The notes beneath the pieces were generated by a model, which worked only from the letters and a program-made list of their open reading frames with translations, was not told where the DNA came from and did not search any database. From assembly GCA_963709505.1 (NCBI GenBank), contig CAVPXC010000010.1:1-64000 (forward strand): DNA of 64,000 nt, read 5' to 3'. Positions 9,598 to 19,821 of this stretch are shown piece after piece; position 1 is the first letter of the stretch; every line of letters begins with the position of its first letter. A program made the position numbers and the translations under genes. The DNA is from an uncultured Chloroflexia bacterium (GTDB lineage: Bacteria; Chloroflexota; Anaerolineae; JAAEKA01).

Positions 9598-10386
9598 TTG
9601 AGCCACTCGCACAAGAAGAGACGCCTGGAGGCAGCCGTCCAGGCTGTCCAGCAGAAGTGGGGCCAACAGGCCCTCCACAAGGGAACGCTCTCCACCGCCA
9701 CTTCGTCACCCCCTTGCCTGTCTACCGGCCTCCCGACGCTCGACCGCGTTCTGCGCATCGGCGGGCTGCCTCTTGGCCACATCTCAGAGCTGATCGGACA
9801 ACCGACCTCCGGCAAGCGCACGCTGGCCCTGCATATCCTGGCCCAGTCGCAGCATTGCTATCCATGTCTTTACCTTGACCTGGCCCAGACCTTCGACCCT
9901 GCTTACGCCGCTGCTTGTCACGTCGACCTCTCGCGGTTAGTGATTGCCGCGCCTGCCAGCCCGGCCGAGGCGCTCGATCTGGTCTGCGACCTGGCAAGCG
10001 GCGGCCATTTTGGCCTGATCGTCTTCGACTCGACTGCGGAACTGCGAGGTGGAGCATTGCCTGCCGCACCTGCCGCACCTGCCGCAGCCGCGCTGCGGCG
10101 GCTGCGGCAGGCCCTAAACGGCAAAGGCTGTGCGCTGCTCTTTTTGACCACCCCCCGGCCCGAGGCATCAGAGTTGTCCAACCCGTATCCGCCCGGTTTT
10201 GACCTGGCTCAGGCGGCCGCGCTGCGGCTGGAGGTGAGCCGGCAGCGCTGGCTGCGGCAGCGTGGCACGATGCGTGGCTACGAAGCGCGGGTCACAGTGA
10301 TGCGCAGCCGTTGGAGCGAGCCAGGTGGTCAAGCGACCGTGCGCATTATGCTCGATGGTTTGATTGACGACTCTCATGCCCGCTAG
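9598..10386 (+). CDS. imuA: ImuA (RecA-like SOS-mutagenesis protein); start uncertain
   Basis: GLPTLDRVLRIGGLPLGHISELIG ... GKRTLALHIL RecA-fold core typical of ImuA. A TTG at 9598 with an AGGA upstream is proposed as the start because 9544 overlaps the promoter. 23-nt overlap with imuB. Confidence 0.6.
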   Translation: MSHSHKKRRLEAAVQAVQQKWGQQALHKGTLSTATSSPPCLSTGLPTLDRVLRIGGLPLGHISELIGQPTSGKRTLALHILAQSQHCYPCLYLDLAQTFDPAYAAACHVDLSRLVIAAPASPAEALDLVCDLASGGHFGLIVFDSTAELRGGALPAAPAAPAAAALRRLRQALNGKGCALLFLTTPRPEASELSNPYPPGFDLAQAAALRLEVSRQRWLRQRGTMRGYEARVTVMRSRWSEPGGQATVRIMLDGLIDDSHAR

Positions 10387-11578
10387 AATCGCTTATCTCG
10401 TCATCCCCCACCTGCCTGTCGCCGTCGAGCGCCGTGAGCGGCCGCGGTTGGCAGGGCAGCCGGTAGTGATCGCCGCCGCGCACCACCTGGCCGGCGCTAC
10501 TCAGGTGTTGGACTGTTCGGCCGAGGCCCTGGCCGAAGGTGTGTATCCTGGCATGTCTATCGGCCAGGCCGAGCGCCTTTGCCCGGAGGGGGCGTTTCTC
10601 TCCCCGCGGCTCGATCTCTATCGCGCCGCGGCGGCCGGTCTGTTCGACCTGCTGCGCAGCCAGGCGCCGGCGGTGGAACAGGCGCAGCCGGGCGGGCTTT
10701 ATCTCGGGTTGGCCGGGCTGGAACAGCGGGACGAAGACGCGCTTATCTTGTGTTGCCAGCAGAGCGAGATGATCCAGCGCGAGCTGCGGCTGGCAACCAC
10801 CGCGGGCGTCGCCGTCAATAAGTTCACTGCTGAGGTGGCCTCGCTTTGCATCGGCCTCAACCGGGTGCTGGTTCTATCGGCTGGTACGGAGCGAGAGTTT
10901 CTGGGCGACTTCCCGGTCACCCTGCTCCCTGTGGAGGAGGAGACCCGGCGGCGCTTGCAGCTCTTCGGGCTGCGCCGGCTGGACCAGTTTGCTCGCCTGC
11001 CGCCGTCTGCCGTGCTGGCCCAGTTCGGTTGGGAGGGACAGCGCGCACACCGGCTGGCGCGCGGGCAGGATGACCGTCCGCTGATCGCGGGGTATAGCGA
11101 ACGCTTTGAGACGGGGCATCGTGAATTCGAGCCGCCGCTGGACGACCTGGAGCACCTGATCGCCGCAGCTAGCCGGCTGGTGACGGATTTGGCCGGCCGG
11201 CTAGCGCCAGCGCTGTTGCGCGGAGGCCAGTTCGACGTGCAAATGATCTGTGCCGACGGCACGCCGCTCGACGCCCATCGCATCCTGGCGGAACCTACCG
11301 CCGATGCGAGCCGGCTGGCAAGACTGGCCGAGGCCTTGTTACGTCCCCTAAGCTATCCCGATCGGGTGAGCGATCTCACGCTGACGCTCAGCGGGTTGAG
11401 CGTGCCTTCAGTGCATCAACTCAGCATCTGGCATAACTCACGGGAGGATGCAGCCGAAGCCCACCTGGCGCGCCTGGCCAAACGCTATGGCCCCCACTGC
11501 TTTCAACGAGCCGCCCTGGTCGACCCGGAGCACCGGCTCGCCGCGCGGCGCTTTATTCAGGTTGACTTTGCAAAATAG
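10364..11578 (+). CDS. imuB: ImuB (Y-family polymerase-like, DinB-fold) mutagenesis protein
   Basis: 404 aa with a Y-family polymerase fold (N-terminal AYLVIPHLPV ... AGVAVNKFTA), translationally coupled to imuA. No dnaE2 adjacent. Confidence 0.7.
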   Translation: MTTLMPARIAYLVIPHLPVAVERRERPRLAGQPVVIAAAHHLAGATQVLDCSAEALAEGVYPGMSIGQAERLCPEGAFLSPRLDLYRAAAAGLFDLLRSQAPAVEQAQPGGLYLGLAGLEQRDEDALILCCQQSEMIQRELRLATTAGVAVNKFTAEVASLCIGLNRVLVLSAGTEREFLGDFPVTLLPVEEETRRRLQLFGLRRLDQFARLPPSAVLAQFGWEGQRAHRLARGQDDRPLIAGYSERFETGHREFEPPLDDLEHLIAAASRLVTDLAGRLAPALLRGGQFDVQMICADGTPLDAHRILAEPTADASRLARLAEALLRPLSYPDRVSDLTLTLSGLSVPSVHQLSIWHNSREDAAEAHLARLAKRYGPHCFQRAALVDPEHRLAARRFIQVDFAK

Positions 11579-11596
11579 GGATTGCTTAGCGTCCAT

Positions 11597-11630
11597 CCAC
11601 CCAGGGCAGGTGCAAGACCTGCCCCTACCC
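11597..11630. repeat. REP unit (GGGCAGGTGCAAGACCTGCCCCTACC)
   Basis: Same palindromic family as 5097 and 46903. Confidence 0.6.
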
Positions 11631-11635
11631 GGCGT

Positions 11636-12402
11636 CTACCCTATTTGACCGTGATCGTCTTGAACCCATTGCACGTGTGCCTGGGCTTGGGCCGCTTCGT
11701 AGACCAGCACGCCCAGCGTCGTGGTCTCGCGCAGGATAAGGTCGGCTAGGCTGGCTTCCAAATCGAGAGGCGCCAGGGCGCTGAGAATGATCGCAGGCCG
11801 CCCCTTTTTCATCTGGATCGGGTGTGAGCCACACGACACGGGCGCCTGCGGCAAAAAGGCGCTGGCTGACTGACAGATATAGCTCCGGGTTCATGTCGTC
11901 GATGTTGGTGTCGATCTGGACCATGCTCGCGGCGTGGTGCACTTGTCGTCGTGCGGCTGTCGCCGGCCTCGCCGAGCCACAGGCGGGCCAGGTTCGGCCA
12001 GGTAAACTCGCGCTGCCCGGCGCCGTAGCCAATACGTTGCAGGCGCATAGCAGGCTGGCGGAAGGTTGCGTACTGAGCCAGCAGCGCCGCGCCGGTTGGA
12101 GTGATCAGCTCGCCGGGGCCGGGCGCCGGATAAATGGGCGCCTGGACGCTGGCCAACAGCTCCAGCGTAGCCGGCGCGGGCAAAGGCAGCGCGCCGTGGG
12201 CTGATTGGGTCCAGCCGGAGCCGAGTGGCACGGATGAAGCATAAAGCTCGGTAATTCCAAGTGCGTGCAGTCCGGCGGCCACGCCTACAACATCTACGAT
12301 GGCATCCAGCGCCCCCACCTCGTGGAAGTGGATTTGCTCCACCGGCACCCCGTGTACCTTGGCCTCGACCTGGGCCAGGCGCGTGGTCGAGGAGTTCGGC
12401 AT
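11636..12402 (-). pseudogene. larC: larC (nickel-pincer cofactor nickel-insertion protein) remnant
   Basis: Central LarC motifs ([27 protein letters not shown] ... TPTGAALL) and the C-terminal MKKGRP segment lie in two frames. The N-terminal ~100 aa and ~50 internal aa are missing. Confidence 0.65.
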
Positions 12403-12425
12403 AGCTACCGGACTCCTGAACTTGT

Positions 12426-12788
12426 TCAGGCATCTTCAAACCAGTTTGACGCTGGGAGATCCCGCAGAGCTATCGGGGAGACAGCGTGGCCGTTGGCCTG
12501 GCCGGTGACGCTGAGGGAACCGCTACGAAACCCGGCCAAGTCCAAAGCAACGAAGCGATAGCCGGCGCCGGTGACGCCTTCGACGATAGACAAACGCTGT
12601 TCAATGACCTGGAGCAAGTCTTCGGCGGACAGCTCGATGCGAGCGACGTCGCCGTGATGGCGCACACGGAACTGTTGAAAGCCGAGCGCCACGAGCACAT
12701 CCTCGGCGGCCTCGATCTGGCGCAGCAAGTCGGGCGTGATGGGTGTGCCCTGGGGAACGCGCGAGGACAGACTGTTCCTTGCTGGCAC
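12426..12788 (-). pseudogene. larE: larE (ATP-dependent sulfur transferase) C-terminal fragment
   Basis: Only the C-terminal ~110 aa (FRVRHHGDVARIEL...) are present; the PP-loop N-domain is absent. Confidence 0.6.
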
Positions 12789-12789
12789 G

Positions 12790-13032
12790 TGTGCCCAAGA
12801 CCTGAGAGCTGCGCGTGGCTAGTCGTGCCATGATCTGCGCCACCTGCTCGCTGGTCTTGCCGGGGCAGTACACCACTTCGGGGAATCCCCAACGCAGTGC
12901 GCGATGGTTGTCCAGCATGGCGAAGCCGAGCTCCTCGTAGGGCAAGGCGCGCAGGGCTTGCAGCGCCTGGTCCACTGGTGTGTGGCCACTGGCAACCGCT
13001 TCGAGTAGTTTTCGAATGGTGGCTTCGTCCAT
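12790..13032 (-). pseudogene. larB: larB (PurE-like carboxylase/hydrolase) N-terminal fragment
   Basis: LarB N-terminal motif HRALRWGFPEVVYCPGKTSEQVAQI ... VLGTRA, then loss of homology. Confidence 0.6.
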
Positions 13033-13093
13033 GGGTGCTTAGGATAGCTGACGTGGCCCGGATTGTCAAAGCGGATCGAACGCCAGACCCGCT

Positions 13094-13867
13094 TCATTGT
13101 GCCGGCCACGTCCGGGCGCAGCGGAATCCAACGCGCGAGTTGGGCCGGGCCGAGTGAGAAGAATCGCGCACAAAGGTCTGCGCGTATTCGAACGTTGCAG
13201 CCCACGAGCCGCCTCGTAGCCCATGGTCTAGGACCTTGTCAGTGCCGAGAGGGTTGTGGTCGGGCGCCTGGCGGTAGTAGCCAAAGTCGAAGTAATCGGC
13301 CACCCATTCGGCGACGTTGCCGGCCATATCAAGCGCGCCGTATGGGCTGGCGCCGGTCGGGAAACTGCCTACAGGCATCGGCCCTCCCTGTCCGCTTTCG
13401 GAGGTGTTAGCGCGCTGGTCATCCCAGTCGTTGCCCCAGGGGTAGAGACGTCCATCTGTGCCGCGCGCGGCCTTCTCCCATTCGGCCTCGGTGGGAAGAC
13501 GGAGGCCAGCCCAGCGGCAGTATGCAGCGGCCTCGCGCCAGAGGATCCCAACCACCGGCTCAGCGGCGTGCTCTGCCAGCACGTTGGCGTTCCATCCCGC
13601 CGGCTGATGGCCAGTGTTCTCCACGAACCTAGCAAAGGCTGCGTTGGTCACCTCCGTGCGGTCGATGGCGAACGCGTCCAGGTAGACGCGGCGTTGCGGC
13701 CGGTTCGACGCGCGCCCGTCGTCTTGGCCCATGAGAAACCAGCCTGCGGGTACGAAGGCCATGGAGTTGGGAGGTTTCGGGATGAGTGGTGGGGGAAGAG
13801 GGGAACAGGCAGTGAGCAGCGCCAGGAATATAAGACTTACGATGAGAAAATGACGGACGGTGATCAC
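13094..13867 (-). CDS. formylglycine-generating enzyme (SUMF1/FGE) family lipoprotein
   Basis: Lipoprotein signal (LLTAC) and FGE motifs (RGGSW ... RVGFRCA). Confidence 0.8.
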   Translation of the reverse strand: MITVRHFLIVSLIFLALLTACSPLPPPLIPKPPNSMAFVPAGWFLMGQDDGRASNRPQRRVYLDAFAIDRTEVTNAAFARFVENTGHQPAGWNANVLAEHAAEPVVGILWREAAAYCRWAGLRLPTEAEWEKAARGTDGRLYPWGNDWDDQRANTSESGQGGPMPVGSFPTGASPYGALDMAGNVAEWVADYFDFGYYRQAPDHNPLGTDKVLDHGLRGGSWAATFEYAQTFVRDSSHSARPNSRVGFRCARTWPAQ

Positions 13868-14058
13868 GTTCTTGAACCGTCGTAGATTGGACCTCTCTTC
13901 TGAAAGAGGTCCCGTCTACTCTACGTGGTCGTTTTTTACAACAGACACTCAGGTGCGGGGCACACACCAGGGGTGAAAACAGCGGGGCTCGGTCGGAGAC
14001 CGGCCCGAGCAACTGGGACGCAACCGCCGGGCTCGGCGGAGACCGGCCCGAGCAACTC

Positions 14059-15124
14059 TTAGGATAGGGGATACCGTCCGAACTCTTCCACGGCATCGGC
14101 CATGGCCAGGATATTTGCTGCCGGCACATCGTTCATGATCGTGTGCACCGACGCCACCATGTACCCGCCGCCTGGCCCGAGGGCGTTCATCACGCGGCGC
14201 AGTTCCTGGCGCACGTCGTCGGGCGTGCCGTAGGGCAGAACCCGGTGCGTGTCGACGGCGCCGCAAAAGGCCATGTTCTGGCCAAAACGCCGCTTCAGTT
14301 CCGCCAGGTTCGACATCCGGCCCGCCGAGGTCTGGATGGGGTTCAGGATGTCGATGCCCATCTCGATGAAGTCGGGGATGAGGTCGAAGACGTCGCCGTC
14401 GGTGTGGAAGAAAACCTTGGCCTGCGTGCGTGCTTTGATAAAGGCGATGAACTCCGCGTGCAGCGGCTTGAGAAACTGCCGGTACATCTTCGGCGAGATC
14501 ATCAAGCTGTTTTGGGTGCCCAGGTCGTCGCCGATCTTGATGATGTCGATCAGATCGCCGCACTCGTCCAGAAAATGGCCCATCAGCGTCTTGCACAGGT
14601 CGGTGATCTTGCGCAACAACGCCAGGGCAAAGTCCGGCGCCATGATCAAGTTGATCAGGAACTTGTCCATGCCCTGCATGGCATGCGCTCGCTCGAAGGG
14701 GAACAGCAGCCAGGGAGTGGCGACGATAGCATATTCGCCGGCATCGCGCAGCCGTTGCGCCTGGTCGCGCACGTGCGCCACGCGCGAGGGATCGTTCATG
14801 TCCGGCCAGGGGTAGTGCTCGATCTCCTCAAGGGTCGTAGCGTCGGCCATCGGGTGTACGCCAGGGAACCAGACGTCGTCGGCGAGTTCGACCTGCCCGC
14901 TGCCCCACGAGTTCGATCCAGGGGGTGTGCGGGGGGCGCTGGTGATTGCGTACCAGCACGTCGGCCGGCTCCAGGTCCAGCACTGCCCGCACATCACTGT
15001 GCAGTCGCCGCATCGTCTGCTCGTCGACCGCGGCCGTGCCCAGCTCCGGCCAATCGTAGATGTACTGATCCGGCGCATCGATACCGAGCAGTTGTTTCAG
15101 CTCGCGATAGGGTTTCATCTTCAT
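14059..15124 (-). CDS. uroporphyrinogen decarboxylase (URO-D/MtaA-like) family protein, apparent frameshift
   Basis: N-terminal 60 aa (MKMKPYRELKQLLG...) and the remaining URO-D fold lie in different frames, joined at a poly-G run near 14905-14935. Confidence 0.6.
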
Positions 15125-15231
15125 GCCGGTGGCGTTGCTGACGCCGATGCAGAGAGGAACCCGGTCGGGCTCCTCGTGGTTGATGGCTGCCAGGAACTCG
15201 ATCGCGTGACTTCATTGCGGTTCTCCCAAAT

Positions 15232-15271
15232 GTAGGGCAAATCCCGTCCGGGATTTGCCCTACATTTAATC
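15232..15271. repeat. perfect 17-bp-stem palindrome AAATGTAGGGCAAATCCCGTCCGGGATTTGCCCTACATTT
   Basis: Sits between the permease stop and the URO-D start. The core GCAAATCCCGTCCGGGATTTGC recurs at 19715-19792. Confidence 0.7.
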
Positions 15272-16558
15272 CTTCGTATACGGCTTGCCGTCGGCGGCAG
15301 GCGCCACCGTCTTGCCGACGACACCCGCCAGCACGATCATCGTCACCACGTAGGGCAGGATCAGTAGCCACTCGGTGGGGATGGGCACCTGGGTCTTGCC
15401 CAGCACCTGCAGCTTGGCTTGCAGCGCATCCGAGAAGCCGAAAATCAGCGATGCGCCGTAGGCGCCAAACGGTGTCCACCGTCCGAAGATCATAGCGGCC
15501 AGGCCGATGAAGCCCTTGCCGGCCGTGATGGACTCGTCGAAGCGCCCGACCGAGCCGATCGTGAAGTAGGCGCCGCCAAGGCCGGCAACCATGCCGCCGA
15601 TGATCACGTTGATATAGCGAATCTTGAAGACGTTGACGCCCAGCGTATCCGCCGCGCGTGGGTGCTCGCCGACAGCGCGGGTTCGCAGGCCCCAGCGAGT
15701 GTAGAACAGCATAAAGTGAATCGCAAAGATCGTGATGAAAAGCAAGTAGACAAGAGGTGTTTGGTTGAAGAAAATCGGCCCAAGGATGGGGATTTGCGAC
15801 AGGCCAGGTATCGCAATCTTTTGGAAGACGCCCCCCGAGTTCAGAGCGGAATTGGTTTGCAGAAAACGCTGGCTGATAAAGCTCGTGATGCCCAGGGCAA
15901 AGATGTTGATGGCCGTGCCAGCGATGATTTGGTCCACGCGAAATCGAATCGCCAGGATGGCGAGGAAGAGGCCGAGAATGCCGCTGGCGATGATTGCGGC
16001 CAGCAGACCGAGCCAAAGGCTACCCGTGATGCTCGAGAAAATGACCGCAATCATAGACGCAGTCAACATCATGCCCTCGATGGCGATGTTGATCACTCCT
16101 GAGCGCTCGCACATGATACCGCTCATGGCGGCGAAAGCAATAGGCGTCGCTGCGGCCACGGCAAAGGTGAAGATGCCCAGCAAGTTGATCGACTTGTCGC
16201 GCACGGACCACACCAGGAAGGCGAAGACGAAGGCCAGCGACACGACGCCCAACACCAACACCACGTGCTTGAAGCCCCGGAGGATCTGGTACAGACCCAG
16301 CGCGCCTACGATGGCTGCCAGTGCGATCAATAGGGCGCGCGTCGGCAGCACCAGATCAGGCACTTTGATGATCTTCTCTTTGGTCACGGGGTTGAGCTTG
16401 AAGGTGCTCTCCATGGCCGGCGTGCTGTTCATCACGAAAAAAGCCAGGATGGCAGCAGCCACGACCAGGAAGAAGACGCCATAGGCAATGGCCTTACGCC
16501 GCTCGCGACGAGCAGCATAGGAGCCAACGGATATTGTGGGGGCGGTTGTTGCAGTCAT
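15266..16558 (-). CDS. ABC transporter permease (BMP/nucleoside-type system, YufQ/NupQ-like)
   Basis: 430 aa multi-TM permease of the branched BMP-type importer family; operon with the next three genes. Confidence 0.75.
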   Translation of the reverse strand: MTATTAPTISVGSYAARRERRKAIAYGVFFLVVAAAILAFFVMNSTPAMESTFKLNPVTKEKIIKVPDLVLPTRALLIALAAIVGALGLYQILRGFKHVVLVLGVVSLAFVFAFLVWSVRDKSINLLGIFTFAVAAATPIAFAAMSGIMCERSGVINIAIEGMMLTASMIAVIFSSITGSLWLGLLAAIIASGILGLFLAILAIRFRVDQIIAGTAINIFALGITSFISQRFLQTNSALNSGGVFQKIAIPGLSQIPILGPIFFNQTPLVYLLFITIFAIHFMLFYTRWGLRTRAVGEHPRAADTLGVNVFKIRYINVIIGGMVAGLGGAYFTIGSVGRFDESITAGKGFIGLAAMIFGRWTPFGAYGASLIFGFSDALQAKLQVLGKTQVPIPTEWLLILPYVVTMIVLAGVVGKTVAPAADGKPYTKD

Positions 16559-16603
16559 ATCGAGTCACCTCATTCGCAATTGACAATTGACAATTGACAA
16601 TTG

Positions 16604-17908
16604 TTACGATCCCCATCCTTTGGTAAACACCGGCCCCTCTTGGGCGGCAGGCTTGCGCAGCCGATAAATCCAGCGGATGATCTCCGGCGCGGCGATGAAG
16701 ACGATCACCAAGGCGATCACGATCGTGACGATGTCCACCGGGATCCGCGCGACCGATTGCATGCGGGTGGCGCCGTTTTTCAACGTGCCAAACAGCAGGG
16801 CGGCGAACAGCACGCCCACGGGATGGTTCTTACCCAGCAGCGCCAGGGCAATGGCGTCGAAGCCCATGCCGGCGGAAAAGCCCACGCCTACCCAGCGGTC
16901 CACCGCGAGCGTCTGCACCATCCCGGCCGTGCCCGCCAGCCCACCGCTGATGAGCATGATGACAATCCACAGTCGCTTTACATTTATACCGCTATACCTG
17001 GCGGCCTTGGGATTGGCGCCGACCATGCGGATTTGAAAACCCAGCGTGGATCGATACAAGATCCACCAGATCAGCCATACCGTGAAAAGCGCCAGAAAGA
17101 AGCCGGCATGGAAACGGTTGCCTGGCGTGGTGAAGAACCTTGGAATCCAGGCTGTAGCCAGGACAGGCGGGGTGACTGGCACATCGGGCCGAGCCATGGG
17201 ACCGCCCACTTTGAGCAGCCAGGCACTCAGGCTGATGGCGATCCAGTTCATCATGATGGAGTTGATGACCTCGTGCGCACCCGTGTAGGCTTTTAGCGCG
17301 CCCACGATCCCTGCCCAAATAGCGCCGCCAGCGATCCCCGCCAGCATCGCCAGCGGCAGATGGATGATCCACGGCAAGCCGGTGACCTTGAAGCCCACGT
17401 AGACCGCGCAGAGCGCCCCGACCAGCATCTGGCCCTCGCCGCCGATATTAAACAGCCCCCCTTGGAATGCGAACGCGACCGCCAGGCCGGCAAAAATATA
17501 GGGTACGGACTGGGTCAAGCTTTCGGATAAGGGGACCAAGGCAATGGCCAACTGCTGGGTGCCTTCACCGCTCAGCATAGCGCCGATGCCTCGAATGATG
17601 CCGCCGATGTTCAGCGATCCGTTGAGCATGGCGCCATAGGCCGTGGCCACCGTCTGTACCGTGATCTTCAACGCACCCATAGGGTCGTCGAAGAAGTGCA
17701 GCCAGGCGTTGACGACGTCTTTATCGGTCACCAGAATCAGAATGGCGCCGATGACCAAGGCGGTGAAGACGGCCAAGACTGGATAGAGGATCGCATCGAG
17801 CACCCGTGAACGCTTGGGTTTCGACTGGCCGCTGGCGGCTTGAGGAGTGGCAACAGGTACGGTCGATTCGGACATCCTAGTCCTCCTGGTTGATAAAAAC
17901 CTGAGCAA
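16604..17908 (-). CDS. ABC transporter permease (YufP/NupP-like)
   Basis: 434 aa multi-TM permease. Confidence 0.75.
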   Translation of the reverse strand: MLRFLSTRRTRMSESTVPVATPQAASGQSKPKRSRVLDAILYPVLAVFTALVIGAILILVTDKDVVNAWLHFFDDPMGALKITVQTVATAYGAMLNGSLNIGGIIRGIGAMLSGEGTQQLAIALVPLSESLTQSVPYIFAGLAVAFAFQGGLFNIGGEGQMLVGALCAVYVGFKVTGLPWIIHLPLAMLAGIAGGAIWAGIVGALKAYTGAHEVINSIMMNWIAISLSAWLLKVGGPMARPDVPVTPPVLATAWIPRFFTTPGNRFHAGFFLALFTVWLIWWILYRSTLGFQIRMVGANPKAARYSGINVKRLWIVIMLISGGLAGTAGMVQTLAVDRWVGVGFSAGMGFDAIALALLGKNHPVGVLFAALLFGTLKNGATRMQSVARIPVDIVTIVIALVIVFIAAPEIIRWIYRLRKPAAQEGPVFTKGWGS

Positions 17909-17976
17909 GTACCGGACTCCCCGACTTGTCGGGGTCCGGTGATCCCGAACAAGTTCGGGAGTCCGCGACTTGTCTG

Positions 17977-19548
17977 TCAGGTGACGATTTGTCTTTCCTT
18001 CGTGTCAGGCCTGGGTGCATGGGCCAAGGCCTCTTCCAGACTGTTGCCCGCCATCATCAGACCCACCTGCTCTTTTGACACGTCATCGGCGTCGACGACC
18101 GCAGTAAACTTGCCCTTGAAAATCACGGCGATGCGGTCAGATAGCCCCATGATCTCGTCCAACTCGGCGGACACCAGCAGCACGGCGGCGCCGCTGTCGC
18201 GCTTCTCGACCAGCCGGCGGTGGATGAATTCAATGGAACCGACATCCAATCCGCGCGTAGGTTGGTTGGCGATCAAGAGCCGGATCGGGCGGTTGAGCTC
18301 GCGCGCCACGATGACCTTTTGCTGGTTGCCGCCCGAGAGGTTGGAAACCGGCACGTCTGCGCTGGGAGTGCGGATGTCGAACTCCTTGATCAGGCCGTCG
18401 GCCTGGCCTTGGATCGCTTTCTCGTTGACGACCATGCCTTTGGAGAAAGGCTCGCGGTAGTAGGTGTTGATGACGAGGTTGTCGTGCACCGGAAACGACA
18501 ATACCAGCCCGTCCTCCTGGCGGTCCTCGGGGATGTGCGACACGCCGCATTCGGTGATCTTGCGCGGGCTGGCATTGGTGACGTCCTGGCCGTCGATGTG
18601 CACGGTGCCTTCCTGCACGGTGCGCAGGCCGGTCAGCGCCTCCACCAGCTCCGTCTGCCCGTTGCCCTGCACGCCGGCCACGCCCAGGATCTCGCCCGCG
18701 TGCACGTCGAGGCTGGCGCCGTTGACGGTCAGCTGCAGGCGGTTATCCAGCACTTTCAGGTTCTCGACCGCAAGCACTTGCTCGTCAGGGTGTGACGGTG
18801 TCTTATCGACCGTCAAGTCCACCTGCCGGCCGACCATCAACTCAGCCAACGTGGCCTGGCTGGCGCCCTGGGTTTTGGTCTCGCCCACCACCTGGCCGCG
18901 GCGGATGACCGTCACCCGATCGGCAAGATCCAGCACCTCGCGCAGCTTATGGCTGATGAAGATGATGCTCACGCCCTGATCCCGCAGGGAGCGCAGAATT
19001 CCGAAGAGGTCGTCGGCTTCTTGAGGCGTTAGCACAGCCGTTGGCTCATCCAAAATCAGGATGGTAGCGTGCCGGTAGAGCACTTTGATGATCTCGACGC
19101 GCTGGCGCACGCCAACCGAGATGTTCTCGACTTTGACCTCAGGATCGACGTGCAGGCCATGTTTTTGCGACAACTCGCGGATGCGATCGGCCACGGCCTT
19201 GCGGTTGAGCACCAGCCCTTTGGTGGGCTCGTCTCCCAGCATGACATTTTCGGTCACGGTGAGCACGGGGATGAGCATAAAATGCTGGTGAACCATGCCG
19301 ATACCCTGGCGGATGGCATCGGTCGGTCCGTTGATGTCTGTGCGCTGGCCGCGGATGAAGATCTCGCCCTCGTCGGGACGATACAGCCCGTAGAGGATGT
19401 TCATCAGCGTGCTTTTGCCGGCGCCGTTTTCTCCCAACAGGGCGTGGATCTCCCCTTCTTCCAAGGTTAGATTGATGTGATCATTTGCCAGCACGCCGGG
19501 AAACTGCTTGGTGATGTTGCGTAGCTCGAGAACTGGGGTCATGGGCAT
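17977..19548 (-). CDS. ABC transporter ATP-binding protein, duplicated ABC domains
   Basis: 523 aa with two Walker A/B and signature motifs (GENGAGKST; LSGGNQQKV). Confidence 0.85.
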   Translation of the reverse strand: MPMTPVLELRNITKQFPGVLANDHINLTLEEGEIHALLGENGAGKSTLMNILYGLYRPDEGEIFIRGQRTDINGPTDAIRQGIGMVHQHFMLIPVLTVTENVMLGDEPTKGLVLNRKAVADRIRELSQKHGLHVDPEVKVENISVGVRQRVEIIKVLYRHATILILDEPTAVLTPQEADDLFGILRSLRDQGVSIIFISHKLREVLDLADRVTVIRRGQVVGETKTQGASQATLAELMVGRQVDLTVDKTPSHPDEQVLAVENLKVLDNRLQLTVNGASLDVHAGEILGVAGVQGNGQTELVEALTGLRTVQEGTVHIDGQDVTNASPRKITECGVSHIPEDRQEDGLVLSFPVHDNLVINTYYREPFSKGMVVNEKAIQGQADGLIKEFDIRTPSADVPVSNLSGGNQQKVIVARELNRPIRLLIANQPTRGLDVGSIEFIHRRLVEKRDSGAAVLLVSAELDEIMGLSDRIAVIFKGKFTAVVDADDVSKEQVGLMMAGNSLEEALAHAPRPDTKERQIVT

Positions 19549-19657
19549 CTCCAGCCGGGGTGTGAGGAGCTTGGCTTTTCAAGGGGTAACGCAAACCGCG
19601 AAACCAGCCTCATGCGAGATGTCTTCACGGCTCTTGTCTGAAAAACCTACGTTGGTG

Positions 19658-19698
19658 CGGAACGGGGGCGGTCCCGCACCAACGTAGATGGGGTCATG
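19658..19698 (-). other. intercistronic hairpin between the substrate-binding-protein gene and the ATPase gene
   Basis: CTACGTTGGTGCGG-loop-CCGCACCAACGTAG perfect 14-bp stem; a second long-loop hairpin (GCAAATCCC family) at 19715-19792. Confidence 0.5.
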
Positions 19699-19821
19699 GT
19701 AGGCAAATCCCATCCGGGACTCACGTTGCCAATTTGCCCGCCGGATCTCCGGAACGCACATCCGCGACATGGAACCCGGACGGGATTTGCGCTTCAGCTT
19801 TAGGTATAGAAGAGATTGGCC

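Noticed and set aside
10364-13100. dnaE2 downstream of imuB
   Set aside because: The region after imuB is occupied by REP and lar remnants on the opposite strand; no polymerase III alpha-like ORF.
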